DNA from: Candidatus Woesearchaeota archaeon
GTDB taxonomy: Archaea > Nanobdellota > Nanobdellia > Pacearchaeales > GW2011-AR1
Reading direction: 5' to 3'
Assembly (NCBI GenBank): GCA_964594495.1
Contig: CAZQLX010000015.1
Location: forward strand, 9,451-19,844
Length of the DNA: 10,394 bases
The notes beneath the pieces were generated by a model, which was given only the letters and a program-made list of their open reading frames with translations, made no database searches and had not been told where the DNA came from. Position numbers and translations under genes: made by a program. This document shows positions 6,524 to 10,394 of the stretch, piece by piece. Positions within the stretch are counted from its first letter, which is position 1. Each line of letters starts with the position of its first letter.

Positions 6524-6530
6524 AATTATT

Positions 6531-6538
6531 TTTATATA
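6531..6538 (+). promoter_or_regulatory. Putative TATA box of radB
   Basis: TTTATATA has its first T 29 nt upstream of ATG 6560. This favours a leaderless ATG 6560 over GTG 6557 as the start. Confidence 0.55.
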
Positions 6539-6559
6539 GTCTAGTTCTCTGCGGAAGTG

Positions 6560-7246
6560 ATGGCGAAAATATCGGCTGGAAGTTATGATTTGAATAAATG
6601 GCTTTTTGGAGGATATGAAGAAGATATCATAACTGTTTTATACGGTGGGTCTGGGACAGGAAAGACGAATTTTTGCTTATTGGCAGCTGTGAGCCAGGCT
6701 AAGAAGGGAAATAAGGTAATCTATATTGATACTGAAGGAGGATTTAGTACTGAGAGAATAAAACAGTTGACCGGAAAAGATTACAATAGGGTTTTAGAAA
6801 ATATATTTTTATTAAAGCCTACTAATTTTGCAGAACAGAAGAAGGCTTTTGAAGATTTATTCAAATATTTGAAAGAAGAAGTTAGTTTAATCGTTGTTGA
6901 TGGGATGACAATACTATACAGATTGGAATTTGCAGATGCAAGAGACAAAAATGAAGAGGAAATAAGGAAAATAAACTCTATACTTGTTTCACAGATGAAA
7001 ACATTGGCTGAGATAGCTAGAAAGAAGAGTGTTTCAGTATTGGTTACAAATCAAATTTATAGATGGGAAGAGGAAAACAAAATGGTTGGAGGAGATATTA
7101 TGAAATATTGGGCGAAGTGTCATATAGAATTAACTAGGGATGATGGAAAGAGAACGGCTTTTTTGAGAAAACATAGGAGTTTACCTGAGAAGAGGTTTGA
7201 TTTTCAAATAACGAATGAAGGAATAAGAAAGAGAGGATGGATTTAA
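6560..7246 (+). CDS. radB: DNA repair and recombination protein RadB (short RadA/Rad51 paralogue)
   Basis: 228 aa from ATG 6560; an in-frame GTG at 6557 is the track start. Walker A is GGSGTGKT (nt 6644-6667) and Walker B is SLIVVDGM. Further matches are VIYIDTEGGFSTERIKQL, VLVTNQIY and a C-terminal RTAFLRKHRSLPEKRFDFQITNEGI. It lacks the N-terminal HhH domain of RadA, and its length is typical of RadB. TATA TTTATATA lies at 6531-6538. Confidence 0.85.
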   Translation: MAKISAGSYDLNKWLFGGYEEDIITVLYGGSGTGKTNFCLLAAVSQAKKGNKVIYIDTEGGFSTERIKQLTGKDYNRVLENIFLLKPTNFAEQKKAFEDLFKYLKEEVSLIVVDGMTILYRLEFADARDKNEEEIRKINSILVSQMKTLAEIARKKSVSVLVTNQIYRWEEENKMVGGDIMKYWAKCHIELTRDDGKRTAFLRKHRSLPEKRFDFQITNEGIRKRGWI

Positions 7247-7270
7247 ATAGTGACTTAAGGTAGAGGAAAA

Positions 7271-7708
7271 ATGAAAATCGGAAAAATAGTTCGTAGAATT
7301 CTGATAACAACTCAGTTTTTAGCTGTAGGTTATTTGGGATCGGCTTTATTAATAAGTCATCTAGCTGAGCGGCATTCTCCACAAATTACTAGTCAGCAAC
7401 AATTAGAGGAGGTTTTAGAAGTTGAGAGAAAAATTATGAATTTTCCAACAAATTTAGTAATAAAAGGCACGTTAAATCATGATGAAATGAGATCCCATGC
7501 TAAAAGAGTAGAGCAGGACTTTTATGAGTTTACATTAGGGGAAAAATATCATCCAACTATCTCCACATTACAACATGAATTATATCATATCAAAGATGGG
7601 CATTTAGAAAGTAAACCTAAAAATAAAATTCTTGCAGGTTTAAAGTATTTACTTTGGTTTGAGCCAAAGGCTATTTTTTATCAATTTAAAAGATCTAGAG
7701 AAAGGTGA
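7271..7708 (+). CDS. Small HExxH (zincin-like) putative metallopeptidase with an N-terminal hydrophobic anchor
   Basis: 145 aa. It has an N-terminal hydrophobic segment (ILITTQFLAVGYLGSALLISHL). HELYH lies at nt 7574-7588, with a third His 5 residues later (HELYHIKDGH, His111 at 7601-7603). It sits 24 nt after radB, with GAGG at 7263-7266 and no TATA box, so it is probably co-transcribed with radB. Confidence 0.6.
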   Translation: MKIGKIVRRILITTQFLAVGYLGSALLISHLAERHSPQITSQQQLEEVLEVERKIMNFPTNLVIKGTLNHDEMRSHAKRVEQDFYEFTLGEKYHPTISTLQHELYHIKDGHLESKPKNKILAGLKYLLWFEPKAIFYQFKRSRER

Positions 7709-7716
7709 GTGAGAAG

Positions 7717-7739
7717 TAAATCTTCCTGAGGAAGATTTA
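7717..7739. repeat. Perfect 10-bp inverted repeat with a 3-nt spacer (TAAATCTTCC-TGA-GGAAGATTTA)
   Basis: I read it directly from the sequence. The left arm is 7717-7726 and the right arm is 7730-7739. It begins 9 nt after the stop of the HExxH gene, and its right arm runs into the TATA box of the KaiC-like gene. The function is open: terminator hairpin or palindromic operator. Confidence 0.6.
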
Positions 7740-7745
7740 TAAATA
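7736..7745 (+). promoter_or_regulatory. Putative TATA box of the KaiC-like gene
   Basis: TTTATAAATA is preceded by the purine-rich GGAAGA (BRE-like). Its first T lies 33 nt upstream of ATG 7769. Confidence 0.55.
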
Positions 7746-7768
7746 AGAATAATTTAGTCTAGTAGAAG

Positions 7769-8476
7769 ATGGCTGGTAAAAAAGAGAGCGGAAAAGGGAA
7801 GGAAAGGAGTGAAACAGGAATACCTGGATTCGATAAACTTTGCGAGGGAGGGTTCTATGCTAATAGTATCAATTTAGTTATTGGATCGGCGGGAAGCGGA
7901 AAAACGACTTTTGGATTACAATACTTATATCATGGAGCAACAAAAGCTGGCGAAAATGGATTATATATTAGTTTTGAGCCAGAAACTAAAGAATTATTTG
8001 TTGCCGGAAAAAAGCAAGGAATGGACTTTGAGGAGTTAGATAAGAAGGGAAGTGTGAAAATTGTAAAGTTAAATAATACAAGTTCTATTGCCGCGGTTGA
8101 GAAGCAAGTTAAAGATTTAATTAAAAAGTATAATGCTAAGAGAGTTTGTTTTGATCCATTAAATGTTTTTGCTTTGGATTTACCTGCTGGAAAGAATCCA
8201 AGAAAACAAATATATGATTTAACGAATGCTTTGAAATCACTTGGCGTTACAGTTGTTTTAGTTGCTGAGGCGAATGAAGAAACAGTAGGAGTACAGAATT
8301 TGCCTGAGGAAGTTGTTTTCGCCAAATTCTTTGCTGATAGCGTTACAGAAATTTATGCTTCTGGGCTTGGTGGAGCTGGAGATAGATCGATAAGAATTGC
8401 TAAAATGAGAATGACGAATAATGTTAGAGGACCGCAAAGTATGGAAATTACTGATAAGGGTATAAGAATTCTTTAG
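7769..8476 (+). CDS. Single-domain KaiC-like RecA-superfamily ATPase (COG0467-type)
   Basis: 235 aa. GIPGFDKLCEGGFYANSINLVIGSAGSGKTTFGLQYLYHG (Walker A at nt 7883-7906) followed by GLYISFEPE matches the KaiC-domain N-terminal signature GIxGLDxxLxGGxxxGxxxLxxGxxGxGKT...vS.EE (PF06745). Walker B-like RVCFDPL is present, as is a C-terminal IRIAKMRMTNN...MEITDKGIRI. It has its own TATA at 7736-7745. Confidence 0.85.
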   Translation: MAGKKESGKGKERSETGIPGFDKLCEGGFYANSINLVIGSAGSGKTTFGLQYLYHGATKAGENGLYISFEPETKELFVAGKKQGMDFEELDKKGSVKIVKLNNTSSIAAVEKQVKDLIKKYNAKRVCFDPLNVFALDLPAGKNPRKQIYDLTNALKSLGVTVVLVAEANEETVGVQNLPEEVVFAKFFADSVTEIYASGLGGAGDRSIRIAKMRMTNNVRGPQSMEITDKGIRIL

Positions 8477-8818
8477 TTAGAAAATTTTCAGCTTTTTTAG
8501 AATATTATTAACTTCTAATTCTGTGGAATCTAGATTGATTCCCATATACCCCTTTGATATTCTCATATTTAATTCCGATTTTACACGATTTATTATTTTG
8601 TCACGAATATAATTTAGATCAACATCGGGAAGAGGAGTGTTAATAGGATTTATCTTTTCTCTGTAGGAAATTGCAATATTTAGACTGTTTGCTGATTCTT
8701 TTTCATATCTGGACGTTAACTCTGGATTGTTTGTTGATTTTTCTAAGATGGTATGAATTATAGCATTCGAGAGATTTCCAATTAACAAATCAATTATCTT
8801 ATTTCTGTTTTGAACCAT
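8477..8818 (-). CDS. Hypothetical 113-aa protein (composition suggests mostly helical), translationally coupled to the upstream nucleotidyltransferase
   Basis: The ATG at 8816-8818 lies 20 nt inside the 3' end of the 267-aa ORF (overlap ATGGTTCAAAACAGAAATAA). It is the only long ORF filling the 8477-8798 interval, and the stop-rich AT-rich background makes a chance 113-codon ORF unlikely. I recognise no motif, and there is no Rx4-6H. Confidence 0.55.
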   Translation of the reverse strand: MVQNRNKIIDLLIGNLSNAIIHTILEKSTNNPELTSRYEKESANSLNIAISYREKINPINTPLPDVDLNYIRDKIINRVKSELNMRISKGYMGINLDSTELEVNNILKKLKIF

Positions 8819-9602
8819 TTTTTATTAAAGAAAATATAGCCTCTTGAGTTTTTTTATATGCTTTTTTATAGATATCGATAAAATCTTTTTTGTTTAGCAT
8901 ATTGTTTTTTAACTGCTCGATATCTTGTAAATTGAATATCTTAATTATTTCAGTATCAGTTACAGAGGGAGTTAACTTTTTATTTTCTATGAAAAGTTTT
9001 ATACTTATTAAGTTTCTAGTTAAATAGTATTTTTGCTCGCCATCTAAGATATCAAAGTTTTCTATTAATGGTTTGCTTTTTAGTAGGTGTAAATCTAAGA
9101 CTTTATAATCGAACTTCCTTTTGATATTGTAGATAATTCTATGTGAAGAGACACAACAAGACAACATTAAATTGTATAATGGATCTGTTTCTAGACCTCT
9201 TTTTAAAGATTCATTATCAATTATTATAATATGGGGTAGTATGCCTGTTAGTGATTGAATTTTGTCTTTAAGTTCTCGCTCATTTACTTTATTTTCTTTT
9301 ACTATTATGATATCTATATCATTGAATTTAAAGCCCTCATTAAGGAAGGAGCCTGTAATGATGATATTTTGATATTCTTTTATTAAACTGTCAACAGTAT
9401 TAAATATTTTCTGTATTATATTTAGCTTTATTGGAGCAATTTCTTTAATTCCGTAAAAGTAAGGCTTTTGAGTGGTAGTTATGTGGTTTTTAGATAACGG
9501 GGAGATGACTACATAACTTCCTGTTTCTAAGCCTGATCTTTTCTTGGGCACGTATATTTGGTCCATAAGACTGCCCTTGCTTATTTTTGCTATGATCTCC
9601 AT
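8799..9602 (-). CDS. Pol-beta-superfamily nucleotidyltransferase with an N-terminal beta-rich extension and a helical C-terminal domain
   Basis: 267 aa. The minimal-NTase signature is present: ITG84-S85-FLNEGFKFN-D95-I-D97-IIIV (nt 9312-9353), with a later acidic residue in HIIIIDNE. This matches the G[SG]-x9-13-DxD pattern of PF01909. The N-terminal ~75 aa (IAKISKGSLMDQIYVPKKRSGLETGSYVVISP) loosely resembles SpoVT/AbrB-type hairpins; this is low confidence. The C-terminal ~110 aa look helical. Confidence 0.75.
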   Translation of the reverse strand: MEIIAKISKGSLMDQIYVPKKRSGLETGSYVVISPLSKNHITTTQKPYFYGIKEIAPIKLNIIQKIFNTVDSLIKEYQNIIITGSFLNEGFKFNDIDIIIVKENKVNERELKDKIQSLTGILPHIIIIDNESLKRGLETDPLYNLMLSCCVSSHRIIYNIKRKFDYKVLDLHLLKSKPLIENFDILDGEQKYYLTRNLISIKLFIENKKLTPSVTDTEIIKIFNLQDIEQLKNNMLNKKDFIDIYKKAYKKTQEAIFSLIKNGSKQK

Positions 9603-9622
9603 ATTACGTAATATTACGTAAT
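9603..9622 (-). promoter_or_regulatory. Two tandem copies of the 10-bp palindrome ATTACGTAAT, forming a perfect 20-bp palindrome; putative operator
   Basis: ATTACGTAAT occurs at 9603-9612 and again at 9613-9622. Viewed as a direct repeat, it is ATATTACGTA x2.2 across 9601-9622. It sits exactly between the TATA box (9625-9632) and the start codon (9600-9602). By eye, the motif does not recur anywhere else in the window. Confidence 0.6.
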
Positions 9623-9624
9623 TG

Positions 9625-9632
9625 TATATAAA
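9625..9632 (-). promoter_or_regulatory. Putative TATA box of the nucleotidyltransferase gene
   Basis: The minus strand reads TTTATATA, with its first T (9632) 30 nt upstream of the ATG (9602). It lies inside the 39-nt spacer after the TrmB-like gene. Confidence 0.55.
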
Positions 9633-9641
9633 TGTTTTGCT

Positions 9642-10394
9642 TTAAGGTTTGGCGATTTTCCAGAGAACATTGAAGTAGGATTTAAGGCTGTCAACGGCTT
9701 CTTGACTTTCTAGCATTACTCCGACAGGTTCTTCTGTCATGAAAAAGAAGAAAACTTTCTTCTTATAGAATAAAATCATCATTTTATTAATAAAATATTG
9801 GGGAAGAAAACGAATGCTTGAACAGATTTTTGTTGTCGGTACTAATTCTATTTTTGCTTCGTAATTTACGAGCATATTAACTTTAATTCTCTTTTTTGCT
9901 CTGTCTTTGTGATAATTATAGAAAAAGTCCATTACTTCTGGATGGTATTTTGTATAGTAAGCACCAATAACATAGTATTCCTCTCCTGCTTTTAACTCTT
10001 CTATAACATTTCTATATATGTTAAAAATTGCTTTAAATCCTTCGAATAAAGTAGCTCTTGTTTTACTTTTTGATTTTTTTCTTTCTACTTCGAGAGTTGG
10101 AATAAGATGTTTAACTTGTTCTATTTTATTATCTAATTCTACTTGTTTTTTTTTCATATAATCCAGGATTGTTTTGGGAGGCATTGCTTGAAAATATTTT
10201 ATTTTACCTTTGATAATATGACCAGCAAGTCCCTTGTTCATTAATTTATCAAGAACTTTGTATACTTTAGAGGATGAAATATTGGCTTCTTTAGCTAATT
10301 GTCCTGTTTTTGTTTCTCCTAATCTTATTAAAGTTAGATATACTTTAGTCTCTCCTTCTGTAAGACCGATATCTTTGAGTAATTTTATATCCAT
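9642..10394 (-). CDS. TrmB-family transcriptional regulator (winged HTH plus TrmB-type C-terminal domain)
   Basis: 250 aa. The ATG falls exactly at the window edge (10392-10394). The N-terminus LLKDIGLTEGETKVYLTLIRLGETKTGQLAKEANISSSKVYKVLDKLMNKGL is the canonical TrmB wHTH (PF01978). The length and C-terminal half fit full-length TrmB-like proteins. An upstream extension beyond the window cannot be excluded. Confidence 0.85.
   Translation of the reverse strand: MDIKLLKDIGLTEGETKVYLTLIRLGETKTGQLAKEANISSSKVYKVLDKLMNKGLAGHIIKGKIKYFQAMPPKTILDYMKKKQVELDNKIEQVKHLIPTLEVERKKSKSKTRATLFEGFKAIFNIYRNVIEELKAGEEYYVIGAYYTKYHPEVMDFFYNYHKDRAKKRIKVNMLVNYEAKIELVPTTKICSSIRFLPQYFINKMMILFYKKKVFFFFMTEEPVGVMLESQEAVDSLKSYFNVLWKIAKP

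Noticed and set aside
7134-7382. 82-aa ORF on the - strand
   Set aside because: It overlaps the conserved C-terminus of RadB and the start of the HExxH gene. It has no supporting signals.
7930-8325. 131-aa ORF on the - strand, long for AT-rich DNA
   Set aside because: It is fully antisense to the KaiC-like CDS. Its S/T/F/K-rich, low-complexity sequence is typical of the reverse frame of a K/E/G-rich gene, and it has no TATA or SD. I noted it only because of its length.
8477-8818. Calling the 113-aa partner a HEPN toxin
   Set aside because: The protein has a single His (His22), and no Arg lies 4-6 residues before it, so the diagnostic Rx4-6H motif is absent. A HEPN-like fold cannot be excluded, but the sequence does not support it.
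10146-10154. T9 homopolymer (A9 on the coding strand, codons KKK in the TrmB-like gene) as a possible slippage or phase-variation site
   Set aside because: Lys-rich A-runs are common throughout this AT-rich window, for example the A7 at 3041-3047 and the T7 at 10064-10070. Nothing indicates a frameshifted variant.
8799-10394. Lower GC of the NTase/TrmB block as evidence of horizontal acquisition
   Set aside because: My hand counts of 60-nt lines gave roughly 17-38% GC in the NTase gene. Lines from the GT2 gene on the + strand gave a similar 22-35%. The dip is therefore within the window's normal variation and does not support an island call.
1-10394. Search for tRNA/rRNA genes, CRISPR repeats, IS elements, integrases and C/D-box sRNAs
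   Set aside because: I found no GC-rich structured islands in the spacers. There are no regularly spaced direct repeats, and no transposase- or integrase-like ORFs or terminal inverted repeats. No RUGAUGA/CUGA box pairs occur in the two longest spacers (1966-2069 and 5127-5236). This check was done by eye only. Running covariance-model tools (tRNAscan-SE, Infernal) would be decisive.

Overview
This is a 10.4-kb, AT-rich, very gene-dense segment; my hand counts of individual 60-nt lines range from about 17% to 47% GC. It reads as archaeal. It encodes RNA polymerase subunit L (Rpo11), RadB, a TrmB-family regulator and ScpB. Most transcription units are preceded by a TTTATAWA-type TATA box whose first T lies 29-33 nt upstream of the ATG, which implies leaderless mRNAs. 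Gene packing is tight: two ATGA overlaps, one 20-nt overlap, and convergent stop codons that abut with 0 nt between them. That fits a small-genome archaeon; a DPANN-like origin is inference only. I support 17 CDSs, one of them partial and doubtful. The 14 on the + strand are: a K/E/R-rich tail of an upstream gene, a rhomboid protease, a SpoIIM/DUF95 membrane protein, a membrane-anchored Cys-containing protein, ScpB, a processive-type GT2 synthase (DDG, DAD, TED, QRRRW), a translationally coupled membrane-anchored thioredoxin-like protein, an MBF1/XRE-type HTH protein, RpoL, a divergent HhH-GPD-like glycosylase, a 57-aa two-TM ORF missing from the ORF track but carrying a near-perfect Shine-Dalgarno, RadB, a 145-aa HExxH protein, and a single-domain KaiC-like ATPase. 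The 3 on the - strand are a TrmB-like regulator, an N-terminally extended Pol-beta-type nucleotidyltransferase, and a 113-aa ORF overlapping it by 20 nt. I saw no rRNA, tRNA, CRISPR array, transposase or integrase. The best candidates for something undescribed are: (1) the minus-strand cassette of TrmB-like regulator, perfect 20-nt palindromic operator, nucleotidyltransferase fusion and small partner, which is MNT-like but non-canonical; (2) the RadB / HExxH / KaiC-like cluster; (3) the GT2 synthase with its coupled partner; (4) the hidden small membrane ORF.
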